From the NCBI GenBank assembly GCA_964245215.1, contig CAXTME010000006.1:7845-71844 (forward strand): a stretch of 64,000 nt of DNA. Direction: 5' to 3'. The stretch is from an uncultured Lichenihabitans sp. Its GTDB lineage: Bacteria > Pseudomonadota > Alphaproteobacteria > Rhizobiales > Beijerinckiaceae. This document shows, in pieces, positions 9,107 through 19,888 of the stretch. Every line of letters begins with the position of its first letter. Position 1 is the stretch's first letter. The position numbers were made by a program, and so were the translations under genes. The notes beneath the pieces are model-generated. The model saw nothing but the letters and a program-made list of their open reading frames with translations. It did no database searches and was not told the DNA's origin.

Positions 9107-10967
9107 ATTGGGGTGGGATCCTGAAGTAATCGGGAGCCGAAACGGCATTGCGGGTCATGAACGCGAACAGCATCTCCTGCCAGGGCGCGAGGTCGGGCCG
9201 GACGGAGGGCACGGGTGTTTCCCGCCCGATGAAGAACGAGGCCTGTTCGGGGTCGCAGCCCGTCTCGGCCTGATGGTGTTTCAGCGCCGCCATGATGTCC
9301 GGCTTTTCCGCGAAGCCGAACTTCAACCAGGCCGACCGGAAGCCCGACGTCAGCTCTTGGAACGCCATGCGGCTCTCCTCGGAGACCCGCGGCGAGCGTT
9401 CGGTGGTGACCTTGAGCAGGATAACCCGCTCGTGGACGACACCATTGTGCTTGACGTTGAGGCCGAGGGCGGCCGGGACCATCTCGGCTTGCTTGGTCAG
9501 GTAGATCGCGGTGCCCCGCATTCGCACCGGGGCACCCGGTTCGGACAGGCCGGCCAGGAATTCATCGAGCGTGATCGCATTCTCGTCGCGTCGCGCCAGC
9601 GCGACCTGCCGCCCTTTGCGCCAGACCAGCATCAAGGTCAGCGTTATGGCTCCGACGAGGAGCGGGAACCAGCCTCCTGCAGGTATCTTGTGAATGTTGG
9701 CTGACACAAACACGATGTCGAGCAGCAGGATCAGGCCCGCGACCGGGAACACGAGGGTGCCCGGCCATTTCCACAGGCCGACCGCCACGGTGGTGACCAG
9801 GAGTGTCGTGGCCAGCATGTCGCCCGCGACCGCGATACCGTAGGCATTGGCAAGTGCGTCCGAAGAGCGGAACCCGAACACGAGTCCGAGCACGATGGCA
9901 GCCAACAGCCAATTAACCTGCGGCACGTAGACCTGTCCGGCCGATTCCTCGGACGTTTGCCGGACGTCGAGCCTTGGGACCGCGCCCAGTTGGATCGCCT
10001 GCTGGACGAGAGCGAAGGCGCCCGACAAGACGGCTTGGCTGGCGATGATGGTGGCGGCCGTGGTGAGCAGCAGTGCGGGAACCAGCAACCACCCCGGGAA
10101 GAGCAGGAAAAAGGGGTTTGCGGCCGCCGCAGGATCGGCCAGGACCGACGCCCCCTGCCCGAGATAGTTGAGCACCAGGGCAGGAAGAACGAGGACGAAC
10201 CAATCGAGCCGGATGGGGTTTCGACCGAAGTGGCCCATATCGGCGTACAGTGCCTCCCCGCCGGTGAGGGCCAGGAAAACGGAACCGAGGACCGCGAAGG
10301 AGGTCACCCCGCCCGCATGGCCGACGTAGGCGAGGGCGTAACGAGGATCGAGGGCCAACAACACCTTCGGGTGGCCGAGGAGACGATAGATACCCGACAA
10401 CGCCAGGGTCGTGAACCAGGCCGCCATCACGGGGCCAAACAGGAATCCGACGGCGCCGCTGCCGCGGCTCTGGATCGCAAACAGCCCGACGAGGATCAAA
10501 GCCGCGAGAGGAACCACATAGGGCGCAATAGAAGGCAAGGCGATCTTCAGCCCTTCGACGGCGCTCAAGACCGAAATCGCCGGCGTGATCATGGCGTCGC
10601 CGAAGAACAGCGATGCGCCTGCCAGCCCGACCACCAGCAAGATCGGCTGCAACCGCCCGGCGACCGGAAGCGCCAGCGACAGGAGCGCCATGGTACCGCC
10701 CTCCCCTTGATTGTCCGCCCGCATGACGAAGATCACGTATTTGACGGTCACGATGAGGATGATGGCCCAGAACACCATCGACAGCACACCGAAGACCGTG
10801 GTCTCCGCCGAGGCGTCCCCGGCTGCTCTCAACGATTCGCGAAAGGCGTAGATCGGGCTGGTCCCGATATCGCCGAAGACGATGCCGAGCGCGCCGAGAA
10901 GCAGCGCAGCACGGACCGGATGTTCCGCGGATGCGGGTGTCGAGGCCGCTTGGACCGAGGCGGTCAT
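9072..10967 (-). CDS. kup: KUP/HAK/KT potassium transporter
   Basis: GALGIVFGDIGTSPIYAF, ADNQGEGGTMAL, GGEALYADMGHFG, TSEESAGQVYVP motifs. Confidence 0.95.
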   Translation of the reverse strand: MTASVQAASTPASAEHPVRAALLLGALGIVFGDIGTSPIYAFRESLRAAGDASAETTVFGVLSMVFWAIILIVTVKYVIFVMRADNQGEGGTMALLSLALPVAGRLQPILLVVGLAGASLFFGDAMITPAISVLSAVEGLKIALPSIAPYVVPLAALILVGLFAIQSRGSGAVGFLFGPVMAAWFTTLALSGIYRLLGHPKVLLALDPRYALAYVGHAGGVTSFAVLGSVFLALTGGEALYADMGHFGRNPIRLDWFVLVLPALVLNYLGQGASVLADPAAAANPFFLLFPGWLLVPALLLTTAATIIASQAVLSGAFALVQQAIQLGAVPRLDVRQTSEESAGQVYVPQVNWLLAAIVLGLVFGFRSSDALANAYGIAVAGDMLATTLLVTTVAVGLWKWPGTLVFPVAGLILLLDIVFVSANIHKIPAGGWFPLLVGAITLTLMLVWRKGRQVALARRDENAITLDEFLAGLSEPGAPVRMRGTAIYLTKQAEMVPAALGLNVKHNGVVHERVILLKVTTERSPRVSEESRMAFQELTSGFRSAWLKFGFAEKPDIMAALKHHQAETGCDPEQASFFIGRETPVPSVRPDLAPWQEMLFAFMTRNAVSAPDYFRIPPQYVVELGTRIEL

Positions 10968-11224
10968 GAACCGTTTCCATCTGTCGAAAAAAGGTCGGCA
11001 CCCGGAGGACAGCTCCGCTGCTCCTCGCGCCACGGCAGCAATGGGGCATCTGCAGCGCGCCGCGTCAACCAGCGGCTGACACGACGGATACTGGCCCGGA
11101 CGAAGCTGTCCGTCGTCGCCGGACGATGAGAATCAGAGCTCATTCGAGGCGAAGCCCCTTGCGGCAGAAGCGCCCTGCCGTCACTTCATGGCGAATCATA
11201 CCTCTAACGTGCGGAGCATCGTCC

Positions 11225-11590
11225 ATGGACCGTACGATTGTCGTCATCGAGGACCAGCCCCTGATCCGTCGGCAGACGGTCGAAACTCTCGCGGCTGGCG
11301 GTCTCAAGGTGGTCGACTTCGACAGCGGCGACCAGGCCTTGACGTATATCGAGGCTCATACCGACGAGGTCGCGGCGGTGTTCAGCGACGTCAAACTGAT
11401 GGGCGACGCCGATGGCGCACGGATCGCGGCGGCGATCATCGAAGCTCATCCGACCATCATCGTGGTCGTGACCTGCAGCCCCGCAACGGACTTGGCGTAC
11501 GAGCCGGGGTCGCGCATGCGCACCATCGGCAAGCCCTGGGAAGCGCTCGACGTGCTCAACGCCATCATCGATGCCGAACAGGACGATTGA
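11225..11590 (+). CDS. Single-domain response regulator (receiver only)
   Basis: IVVIEDQPL, VFSDV (phosphoacceptor Asp), DG, KPW. Confidence 0.85.
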   Translation: MDRTIVVIEDQPLIRRQTVETLAAGGLKVVDFDSGDQALTYIEAHTDEVAAVFSDVKLMGDADGARIAAAIIEAHPTIIVVVTCSPATDLAYEPGSRMRTIGKPWEALDVLNAIIDAEQDD

Positions 11591-11674
11591 CGCGACAAAG
11601 CGCGGCCTCGCTGCTCTCGTTCGTGTAACGTTCGGCCTCCCGGGCTCGAAGTGAGGGTTTCGACGGACGACACG

Positions 11675-12406
11675 ATGACCCGACCGAACGCCGCGATCGC
11701 CATCATCTGCAAGGTCCCGAAAGCAGGATTCAGCAAGACGCGTCTCATTCCGACGCTCGGACCGGATGCTGCAGCGGCGCTGTCTCGCGCCTTCCTGATC
11801 GATCTTGCCGGGACCATCGAGGAGGTCGCACGGGATGTGGGCGCCAGCGGCTACGCGGTCTGCAGCCCGGCCGACGCCGCCGTGGACCTTGCGACTTTCC
11901 TGCCCGCGACCTTCGGCTATGCGGTGCACACGAACCCGGTGCTCGGCGCGGTACTCGACGCCGCCTCCGAAGACCTTCTGGCGCGCGGACATGATTGCGT
12001 GCTTCTCGTCAATGGCGACAGCCCCACGCTTCCAGCCTCGATCCTGCGTGACAGCGTGTCGGCGCTGCGGCAGCATGACAACTGCGCCGTCTTTTCGCCT
12101 GCCGTCGACGGAGGCTATGTCCTTGTCGGGTTGCGCCGGCGGTGCCCGGGCCTCTTCGACGACATTCCATGGAGCACGCCGGCCGTCATGGCGCGCTCCC
12201 TCGACCAGGCGCGGTCTATCGGGTTGCCGGTCACGATGGTCGATCCGTGGTATGACGTCGACGATGCGGAGAGCCTCGCCTGGCTGATGGACGAGTTCCG
12301 CGGCGAGCGGCCCGCAGGTCTCGGAAACCGCGGGGCTGCGGCCACGTCCACCCGTGCGGTGCTGAAGGCAGCGCGGCAGGACCGGGAGGCGGTGTTTGGG
12401 CCTTGA
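11675..12406 (+). CDS. DUF2064/TIGR04282-type transferase (nucleotide-diphospho-sugar transferase fold)
   Basis: IICKVP..G.SKTRL.P, LVNGDSPTLP, SPAVDGGYVLVGL, LFDDIPWST, WYDVDD motifs. Confidence 0.85.
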   Translation: MTRPNAAIAIICKVPKAGFSKTRLIPTLGPDAAAALSRAFLIDLAGTIEEVARDVGASGYAVCSPADAAVDLATFLPATFGYAVHTNPVLGAVLDAASEDLLARGHDCVLLVNGDSPTLPASILRDSVSALRQHDNCAVFSPAVDGGYVLVGLRRRCPGLFDDIPWSTPAVMARSLDQARSIGLPVTMVDPWYDVDDAESLAWLMDEFRGERPAGLGNRGAAATSTRAVLKAARQDREAVFGP

Positions 12407-13694
12407 ACGGCGCCCGGCCCTGGCCGCCGCGCTGATCGTCGCGGCCGCCGCGGTCCTCTCCTGGGGCGCCATGATGGGCCGGGCATCGAGCGACAACCTT
12501 TTCTACGTCTGCACCGTCTTGCAGGCGGGTCTCTGCCTGGGCGCCGCGAGACTCGCGACCGGTCGGGGAACCGACACCGTCGTTCCGGTGCTGATCGGCG
12601 GAGCGATCCTGCTTCGCCTCTGGTTCCTGTTCACGACGCCGTCGCTGTCGGGCGACATCTACCGCTACATCTGGGACGGGCGGATCGTGAATGCCGGGTT
12701 CAACCCCTATCTGCATGTTCCGGCCGACCCTCTCCTCCGGGCGCTGCGCGACCCTGCCCAGTACGGGCTGATCGACAAGCGGGACTACGCCGTCACCATC
12801 TACCCTCCGGTGGCCGAGTCGCTCTTTGCCGTGGTGACGCGCGTGTCGGGCAGCGTTCTAGCCATGAAGCTCGCCATGACGCTGCTCGAAGGTGTCGCGG
12901 TTTGGGGCATCATGCGGCTGCTCGATCGGCTGAAACGTCCTCGGGGCCTACTGGCGCTCTATCTCCTGCATCCCGCACCGCTTTGGGAGATCGCCGGCAA
13001 TGGTCACGTCGACGCCGCCATGATGGCGTTCAGCTACGGGGCGTTCGCCTGGGCGGGCAGCAGTCTCGACACGGCGCGGCCGGCCTTGGCCCTGGCGCTC
13101 GGCACGCTCGTCAAACCCCTCGCGGCTCTCGGCCTGCCGGCCCTCTGGCGGCCGTTCCAGGTCCTGTTGCCGCTCGGGGTCATGGCCACCGTCATGGCCT
13201 GCTATCTGCCCTTCGCGTCGGCCGGAACGGGCGTGCTCGGGTTCCTGCCGAACTATGCGCACGAACAGGGTCTCGACAACGGTGAAGGCATCCTGGTCTT
13301 GGCGGTGTTGAAGCGCATCGGCCTGCTGCGCCCCTGGATGCAGGCCGCCTACCTGCTGGTCGCCGCGGCCCTGCTGTTCGGCCTTGCGCTCTGGACCCGG
13401 CGGCAGGGCAGCACCGACCTTCCGGCACGCCTGGAAGGGACGGCGCTCCTGGTCATGACGGCCCTCCTGCTTCTGACGCCCGTCTTCCCCTGGTATTTCC
13501 TGATCGCCGCGCCCTTCACGCCGCTGCTCGGCCTGCTCAGTCCCTTCGTGCTCGGAACGGGCGGATTTCTGCTCTACGGCTTCAACCCGGACGGTCCGGA
13601 TTTCTTCGCTCGCTGGAGCCTCGTGATGGGACTGACGGCGGTCGCGGGCCTCTGGGATCTCGCCGTGCTACGCAGGAGGATCCCGCAACCATGA
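12396..13694 (+). CDS. Multi-TM GT-C fold glycosyltransferase (GT87/DUF2029-like)
   Basis: SLSGDIYRYIWDG, TIYPP, EIAGNGHVD, FPWYFL; about 10 or more hydrophobic segments. TTG start overlaps the upstream stop. Confidence 0.78.
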   Translation: MGLERRPALAAALIVAAAAVLSWGAMMGRASSDNLFYVCTVLQAGLCLGAARLATGRGTDTVVPVLIGGAILLRLWFLFTTPSLSGDIYRYIWDGRIVNAGFNPYLHVPADPLLRALRDPAQYGLIDKRDYAVTIYPPVAESLFAVVTRVSGSVLAMKLAMTLLEGVAVWGIMRLLDRLKRPRGLLALYLLHPAPLWEIAGNGHVDAAMMAFSYGAFAWAGSSLDTARPALALALGTLVKPLAALGLPALWRPFQVLLPLGVMATVMACYLPFASAGTGVLGFLPNYAHEQGLDNGEGILVLAVLKRIGLLRPWMQAAYLLVAAALLFGLALWTRRQGSTDLPARLEGTALLVMTALLLLTPVFPWYFLIAAPFTPLLGLLSPFVLGTGGFLLYGFNPDGPDFFARWSLVMGLTAVAGLWDLAVLRRRIPQP

Positions 13695-13756
13695 CACGCG
13701 ACCCCGCTCCGGCGAAGCCTCGCGGCTGTCCCGCGCCGCCCTGGGCCCGGTAGAGC

Positions 13757-14473
13757 ATGCGGATCGGCGCCGCATCGGCGGTCGTCAGCACGATCATTCC
13801 CTGCCTCGACGAGGAGACGGCGATCGGCCCGCTCGTCCACGAGTTGCTTGGGCTCGGGATCGACGAGGTCGTCGTCGTCGACGGCGGCTCGCGGGATCGA
13901 ACCGTCGACGTCGCCCGCGCCGCCGGAGCGAAGGTCGTGATCGAGCCCCGGCGTGGCTACGGCACGGCGTGCCGGGCGGGGGTCGTGGCGGCTCGCCCCG
14001 ACGCCACGATCCTGGCCTTCATCGACGGCGACGGGTCGGACAATGCGGCGTTTGCCCCCGGCATCATCGGACCGGTGATGCGGGGCGAGGTCGACTTCGC
14101 CATCGGGTCGCGGCTGCGGGGCCCGCGCGACTCGGGCAGCATGACGCCTCAGCAGGTCGCCGCCGGCCGGCTCGCCGGTGCACTTCTCCGGGCCGTCTAC
14201 GGGGTCCGGTTCTCGGACATGGGACCGTTCCGGGCCATCTCGCGACCGGCACTCGACGGGCTCGGCATGCAGGAGCCGACCTACGGCTGGAACCTCGAGA
14301 TGCAGATGCGGGCGGCGGCCGGCAAGCTCCGGATCGTCGAGCTCCCGGTCGGTTGCCGTCGCCGGGTCGGCGGTGTTTCGAAAGTTTCCGGCAATCTCGC
14401 CGCGACGCTGCCCGCCACCTGGGTGCTGATGCGAACCTTCATCCGCCTGGCTTCGGCACTACGTCGCGTCTGA
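13757..14473 (+). CDS. Glycosyltransferase family 2 (DPM-synthase-like)
   Basis: IIPCLDEE, VVVDGGSRD.T, RRGYG.AC, FIDGDGSD, DMGPFRAI, SKVSG. Confidence 0.9.
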   Translation: MRIGAASAVVSTIIPCLDEETAIGPLVHELLGLGIDEVVVVDGGSRDRTVDVARAAGAKVVIEPRRGYGTACRAGVVAARPDATILAFIDGDGSDNAAFAPGIIGPVMRGEVDFAIGSRLRGPRDSGSMTPQQVAAGRLAGALLRAVYGVRFSDMGPFRAISRPALDGLGMQEPTYGWNLEMQMRAAAGKLRIVELPVGCRRRVGGVSKVSGNLAATLPATWVLMRTFIRLASALRRV

Positions 14474-15535
14474 TCACGCGACTTCGACTCCACCAGCAGC
14501 ATCGACGACGGTTCCAATGACGCTGGTCCGGTCGAAACCCCGCTCGGCGGCACGCGCCAAGAGCTCGGGCAGAGCATCGGGATCCACCGCGGCCAGCAGG
14601 CCGCCACTCGTCTGGGGGTCGCAGAGAAGGTCGCGCCCCCAGGCCGGAAGCTCGGGACCAAGGCTGACCTCGTCCCCGAAGCTCGACCAGTTCCGGCCCG
14701 AAGCCCCGGTTTTCACTCCGGCCGCGGCGAGGTCGCCGACCCCCGGCAGGACCGGGACATCGGCGAAACGAATGCGACAACCGAGACCGGCCGGCCGCGT
14801 CATCTCGAGGAGATGGCCCAGCAGCCCGAAGCCCGTGACGTCCGTGAGGGCGTGCACACCGGCAATGGCCGGCAGGTCAGCGCCGAGCACGTTGACCTGG
14901 GTGGTGGATGCGATCATGGCGCGGTAGAGCGACGGAGCCAGATCCCCTCGCTTCAGAGCCGCGCCGTAGATCCCGATGCCCAGGCCTTTGGTGAGGACGA
15001 GCTTGTCCCCGGCCCTGGCGCCGACGTTGCGCAGCACGCGATCCGGCCGCACGACACCCAGCGCCACGAGGCCGTAGATCGGTTCGGGGCTGTCGATCGA
15101 ATGGCCGCCCGCGACCGGAATGCCCAGCGCAGCGCAAGCGGAAGCGCCGCCCGCCAGGATCGCCTGAACGGTCTCGATCGGGATCCGGCCGACCGGCATC
15201 CCGACGATGGCCAAGGCGAAAATAGGCGATCCGCCCATGGCGTAGACGTCCGACAGAGCATTGGTGGCGGCGATCTTCCCAAAATCCGTCGGGTCGTCGA
15301 CGATCGGCGTGAAGAAGTCCGTCGTCGCGACGATCGCCTGCCTGTCGTTCAGGCGGTAGACGGCCGCGTCGTCGCCCGTCTCGATCCCGACCAGCAGGTC
15401 GGCAAAGGGACCCGCCTTCGGCATCTTGGCCATGATCTCGGTCAGCGCTGCCGGCGAAAGCTTGCACCCGCAGCCACCGCCATGGGCCAGGGTCGTGAGA
15501 CGGAACGGAGCAGCTGTCGTCTTCGATTGATCCAC
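14474..15535 (-). CDS. selD: Selenide,water dikinase SelD (Cys-type)
   Basis: LAHGGGCGCKLSP, ETGDDAAVY, TTDFFTPIVDDP, AATNALSDVYAMGG, TDVTGFGLLGHL, DPQTSGGLL. GTG start follows a ggag RBS. Confidence 0.94.
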   Translation of the reverse strand: MDQSKTTAAPFRLTTLAHGGGCGCKLSPAALTEIMAKMPKAGPFADLLVGIETGDDAAVYRLNDRQAIVATTDFFTPIVDDPTDFGKIAATNALSDVYAMGGSPIFALAIVGMPVGRIPIETVQAILAGGASACAALGIPVAGGHSIDSPEPIYGLVALGVVRPDRVLRNVGARAGDKLVLTKGLGIGIYGAALKRGDLAPSLYRAMIASTTQVNVLGADLPAIAGVHALTDVTGFGLLGHLLEMTRPAGLGCRIRFADVPVLPGVGDLAAAGVKTGASGRNWSSFGDEVSLGPELPAWGRDLLCDPQTSGGLLAAVDPDALPELLARAAERGFDRTSVIGTVVDAAGGVEVA

Positions 15536-15607
15536 GGTCTCCAGCCTTTCCAACCCAGGGAGCTCGACGCCATTCCCGCGACTTCGTCGAACCGGTTCGC
15601 CGAAACG

Positions 15608-15638
15608 AAAAAGGCCGCGGACGACAGCCCGCGGCCTT
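15608..15638 (-). terminator. Rho-independent terminator downstream of lon
   Basis: Stem aaggccgcgg/ccgcggcctt with an 8-nt loop, followed by a T run on the minus strand. Confidence 0.75.
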
Positions 15639-15677
15639 CACTCATACTTACGATCGTTATGACCGCGCCCTGCCCTA

Positions 15678-18104
15678 TCAGTGGGCGATGACGCCAGATC
15701 CATCCTCTTCACCGACCGCAACCGTCTTGCTGGGCGTCGACAGATCCTCTTCCCACTGGATCGGCGTCGGTTGCCTGACCAGGGCGTGGATCAGCACCTC
15801 GTCGAGCCGAGAACAGGGGATGATCTCCATCGCGTTCTTCACGCTGTTCGGGATGTCCACCAGATCCTTGGCGTTCTCCTCCGGGATCAGCACTTTCTTG
15901 ATGCCGCCCCGCAAAGCCGCCAGGAGCTTCTCCTTCAAACCACCGATCGGCAGGACGCGTCCCCGCAGCGTGATCTCGCCCGTCATGGCGATATCGCGAC
16001 GGATCGGAATGCCGGTGATGACCGAGACGATCGACGTCGCCATGGCGACACCGGCCGAGGGACCATCCTTCGGCGTAGCCCCTTCCGGCACGTGGACGTG
16101 GAAGTCGCGTCGATCGAACCAGGGAGGTGCCACACCGAAATCGATCGAGCGGGAACGGACATAGGAGGCCGCAGCCGAAATCGATTCCTTCATGACGTCG
16201 CGCAGATTGCCCGTCACGGTCATCTTGCCCTTGCCCGGCATGGCGACCGCTTCGATGGTCAGAAGTTCTCCGCCCACCTCCGTCCAGGCCAGTCCGGTCA
16301 CCACACCGACCTGATCTTCGGTTTCGGCCTCGCCGTAGCGGAACTTCGGCACGCCGAGATAATCCGGCAGGTTGTCGACCGTCACGTTCACGGTCTTGCT
16401 GCCCGACATCAGGATCTCTTTCACAGCCTTGCGGGCCAGGTTCGAGATCTCCCGTTCGAGATTACGCACGCCGGCTTCGCGCGTGTAACGGCGGATGATC
16501 ATCATCAGACCATCGTCGGTGATCGACCACTCGTCCTTCGTAAGACCGTGCTTGGACACCGCGACCGGGATCAGGTGAGTCCGAGCGATCTCGGCCTTCT
16601 CGTCCTCCGTGTACCCGGCGATCCTGATGATTTCCATTCGGTCCATCAGGGGCGCAGGGATATTCAGGGTATTGGCCGTGGTCACGAACATCACGTTCGA
16701 CAGGTCGTAATCGACCTCGAGGTAATGGTCGTTGAACGACGCGTTCTGTTCGGGGTCGAGCACTTCCAAAAGCGCTGACGAGGGGTCGCCGCGGAAGTCC
16801 TGCCCCATCTTGTCGATCTCATCGAGAAGGAACAAGGGGTTGGACGTTTTGGCCTTGCGCATCGACTGGATGATCTTGCCCGGCATCGAACCGATATAGG
16901 TCCGGCGATGACCGCGGATCTCGGCTTCGTCACGCACTCCACCGAGCGAGATCCGCACGAACTCGCGACCCGTAGCCTTGGCGATCGAGCGGCCGAGCGA
17001 CGTCTTGCCCACGCCCGGAGGCCCGACGAGGCAGAGGATCGGACCCGTCAGCTTGTTCGCACGGCTCTGCACCGCGAGATACTCGAGGATGCGCTCCTTG
17101 ACCTTGTCGAGCCCGTAGTGATCCGAGTTCAGGGTCGACTCGGCCATCGGAAGGTCGCGCTTGATCTTGGACTTCTTGTTCCACGGAATCGACAACAACC
17201 AATCGAGATAGTTCCGCACGACCGTGGCCTCGGCCGACATCGGCGACATCTGGCGTAGCTTCTTGAACTCGGCCTGCGCCTTGTCACGCGCTTCCTTCGA
17301 AAGCTTGGTATCCTTGATCCGCTGCTCGAGTTCGGAGAGGTCATCCTTCCCGTCCTCGTCGCCGAGTTCCTTCTGGATCGCCTTCATCTGCTCGTTGAGA
17401 TAGTACTCGCGCTGAGTCTTCTCCATCTGGCGCTTGACACGCGTACGGATCCGCTTCTCGACCTGAAGGACAGAGATCTCGCTCTCCATGAGGCCCAGGC
17501 ACTTCTCGAGTCGGGCTGTTACGGACGCCGTCTCCAGAATGCCCTGCTTATCCGAAATCTTGACCGCGAGATGGGATGCGACGGTATCGGCGAGCTTCGT
17601 ATGGTCGCTGATCTGACCGACCGCGGCGACGACCTCAGGAGAGATCTTCTTGTTCAGCTTGACGTAGTTCTCGAATTCGCTGACCACCGAGCGCGCCAAG
17701 GCCTCGACCTCGACCTTGTCGAGCGGCTCGTCGGCCAGAACTTCGGCGTCGGCCTCGTAGAACTCCTCAGTGCGAACGTACTTCCCGACCCGCGCGCGGC
17801 GGGAGCCTTCGACCAGGACCTTCACGGTTCCGTCGGGCAGCTTCAGGAGTTGCAAGACGGAAGCGAGCGTCCCGGTCGTGAAGATGGCATCGGTCGCAGG
17901 ATCATCATCGGTCGCGTTCACCTGCGTGGCCAGCAAGATGAACTTGTCCGCCTTCATCACCTCTTCGAGCGCACGGATGGACTTTTCCCGGCCGACGAAG
18001 AGCGGCACGATCATGTGGGGGAAAACAACGATGTCGCGAAGAGGAAGGACGGGATAGGTGTCGATGGTGCCGGGCGAAGGAGGCGAACGTTTCTGGCTAG
18101 TCAT
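15678..18104 (-). CDS. lon: ATP-dependent protease La
   Basis: [19 protein letters not shown] Walker A, PKDGPSAG catalytic Ser, [13 protein letters not shown]. Confidence 0.98.
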   Translation of the reverse strand: MTSQKRSPPSPGTIDTYPVLPLRDIVVFPHMIVPLFVGREKSIRALEEVMKADKFILLATQVNATDDDPATDAIFTTGTLASVLQLLKLPDGTVKVLVEGSRRARVGKYVRTEEFYEADAEVLADEPLDKVEVEALARSVVSEFENYVKLNKKISPEVVAAVGQISDHTKLADTVASHLAVKISDKQGILETASVTARLEKCLGLMESEISVLQVEKRIRTRVKRQMEKTQREYYLNEQMKAIQKELGDEDGKDDLSELEQRIKDTKLSKEARDKAQAEFKKLRQMSPMSAEATVVRNYLDWLLSIPWNKKSKIKRDLPMAESTLNSDHYGLDKVKERILEYLAVQSRANKLTGPILCLVGPPGVGKTSLGRSIAKATGREFVRISLGGVRDEAEIRGHRRTYIGSMPGKIIQSMRKAKTSNPLFLLDEIDKMGQDFRGDPSSALLEVLDPEQNASFNDHYLEVDYDLSNVMFVTTANTLNIPAPLMDRMEIIRIAGYTEDEKAEIARTHLIPVAVSKHGLTKDEWSITDDGLMMIIRRYTREAGVRNLEREISNLARKAVKEILMSGSKTVNVTVDNLPDYLGVPKFRYGEAETEDQVGVVTGLAWTEVGGELLTIEAVAMPGKGKMTVTGNLRDVMKESISAAASYVRSRSIDFGVAPPWFDRRDFHVHVPEGATPKDGPSAGVAMATSIVSVITGIPIRRDIAMTGEITLRGRVLPIGGLKEKLLAALRGGIKKVLIPEENAKDLVDIPNSVKNAMEIIPCSRLDEVLIHALVRQPTPIQWEEDLSTPSKTVAVGEEDGSGVIAH

Positions 18105-18307
18105 GGTGCATCCTATCGGGGACTTGAGGCCCGCCGACGCTTCATCCGAAGCCGTCTGCGGTCTTCCGTCACGCCACGATCGAAAGGCTTAGCGGAGCCT
18201 TCCCGAGGTGGACGATGACCTGTCTCGGGCCTCTACTGCACCCGAGACACGGGCGATCGGAACGGGACAAACCCAAATCTACCCCGTCGCCGCTACCCTG
18301 ACGCACA

Positions 18308-18336
18308 AGATGGCGGTCACGGAACCGTCATTCAAG
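18308..18336 (-). promoter_or_regulatory. sigma32/RpoH-type heat-shock promoter for lon
   Basis: Minus strand CTTGAA-N15-CGCCATCT versus the consensus CTTGAA-N13-17-CCCCATNT. Confidence 0.65.
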
Positions 18337-18379
18337 ATCTTGGAAAATGCAGGGAAAGTCGCGCAGCCCTGCATCACGC

Positions 18380-19654
18380 TCATGCGCTCGCGCTGGCGCC
18401 GCTCTTCTCCGCTCCGCGCTCCGAGTAGATATAGAGAGGCCTCGCATTGCCCTCCACGACCTCCGGACCGATCACGACCTGTTCGACGCCATCGAGACCG
18501 GGAAGATCGAACATCGTGTCGAGGAGGATCCCCTCCATGATGGAGCGCAGACCGCGAGCTCCGGTCCGGCGCTCGATCGCCTTCTTGGCCACGACGTTCA
18601 AGGCCTCGTCCTGGAACATCAACTCGGTGTTCTCCATCTCGAACAGCCGCTGATACTGCTTGACGAGAGCGTTCTTCGGCTCCGTCAGGATCTTTTTCAG
18701 GGCATCCTCGTCGAGATCCTCGAGCGTCGCGATGACCGGCAGACGGCCGACGAACTCCGGGATGAGCCCGAACTTCAACAGATCCTCGGGCTCGACCTTG
18801 CGGAAGATCTCGCCGGTTCTCCGATCGTCCGGAGCCTGGACCTTGGCCGCGAAGCCGATCGACGTCCCCTTGCCGCGTCCCGAAATGATGCGCTCGAGGC
18901 CCGCGAAGGCACCGCCGCAGATGAACAGGATATTCGTCGTGTCGACCTGCAGGAACTCTTGCTGAGGATGCTTGCGTCCACCTTGCGGCGGCACGGAAGC
19001 GACCGTCCCTTCCATGATCTTGAGGAGGGCCTGCTGGACGCCCTCCCCCGACACGTCGCGGGTAATCGAGGGATTGTCGCTCTTGCGGGAAATCTTGTCG
19101 ATTTCGTCGATGTAGACGATGCCGCGCTGAGCCCGCTCGACGTTGTAGTCCGACGCCTGAAGCAGCTTCAGGATGATATTCTCGACGTCTTCCCCCACAT
19201 AACCGGCTTCGGTCAGCGTGGTAGCATCCGCCATGGTGAAGGGGACGTCGAGGATGCGGGCCAGGGTTTGCGCCAGCAGGGTCTTGCCGGAACCCGTCGG
19301 ACCGATCAGCAGGATGTTGGACTTCGCCAGTTCAACATCGTTGTGCTTCGCAGCATGGTTCAACCGCTTGTAGTGGTTATGTACCGCGACCGACAAGACG
19401 CGCTTGGCTTGCGGCTGCCCAATCACGTAATCGTCCAGAACCTTGCAGATTTCCCGAGGCGTCGGGATGCCGTCGCGCCGATTGACCAACGAGGATTTGT
19501 TTTCCTCGCGGATGATGTCCATGCAGAGCTCGACGCATTCGTCGCAGATGAACACCGTCGGACCCGCGATCAGCTTACGCACCTCATGCTGGCTCTTGCC
19601 GCAGAAGGAGCAGTAAAGCGTGTTCTTCGAGTCGCTGCCGCCGGCTTTGCTCAT
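18380..19654 (-). CDS. clpX: ATP-dependent Clp protease ATP-binding subunit
   Basis: [18 protein letters not shown] zinc finger, [21 protein letters not shown]. Confidence 0.98.
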   Translation of the reverse strand: MSKAGGSDSKNTLYCSFCGKSQHEVRKLIAGPTVFICDECVELCMDIIREENKSSLVNRRDGIPTPREICKVLDDYVIGQPQAKRVLSVAVHNHYKRLNHAAKHNDVELAKSNILLIGPTGSGKTLLAQTLARILDVPFTMADATTLTEAGYVGEDVENIILKLLQASDYNVERAQRGIVYIDEIDKISRKSDNPSITRDVSGEGVQQALLKIMEGTVASVPPQGGRKHPQQEFLQVDTTNILFICGGAFAGLERIISGRGKGTSIGFAAKVQAPDDRRTGEIFRKVEPEDLLKFGLIPEFVGRLPVIATLEDLDEDALKKILTEPKNALVKQYQRLFEMENTELMFQDEALNVVAKKAIERRTGARGLRSIMEGILLDTMFDLPGLDGVEQVVIGPEVVEGNARPLYIYSERGAEKSGASASA

Positions 19655-19888
19655 TGGAAGTCTCCATACCGACCCGGCCCGCGCAGGGCGCGTTTCGAAT
19701 CATTTTTGGTAGTTTACCTTGGGCCCGCTAACGAAAGGTAGCGGGCCAGACCGGCATTTCCGCGAACCCGCGGAGCACCAGGGACAGACCCGAACGGTCT
19801 TTTTTGCGATGCGATCACAAGCAACTCTCCGTGGCAAGTGCGGCGTCGTTCAAACGCTGCAGCTTCCCCCTCGGAGCCGGCCCGCAAC

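Noticed and set aside
4993-11600. Integrative element at tRNA-Gly
   Set aside because: I could not find a duplicated tRNA 3' end (attR) or an integrase in the window; only the deletion scar is supported.
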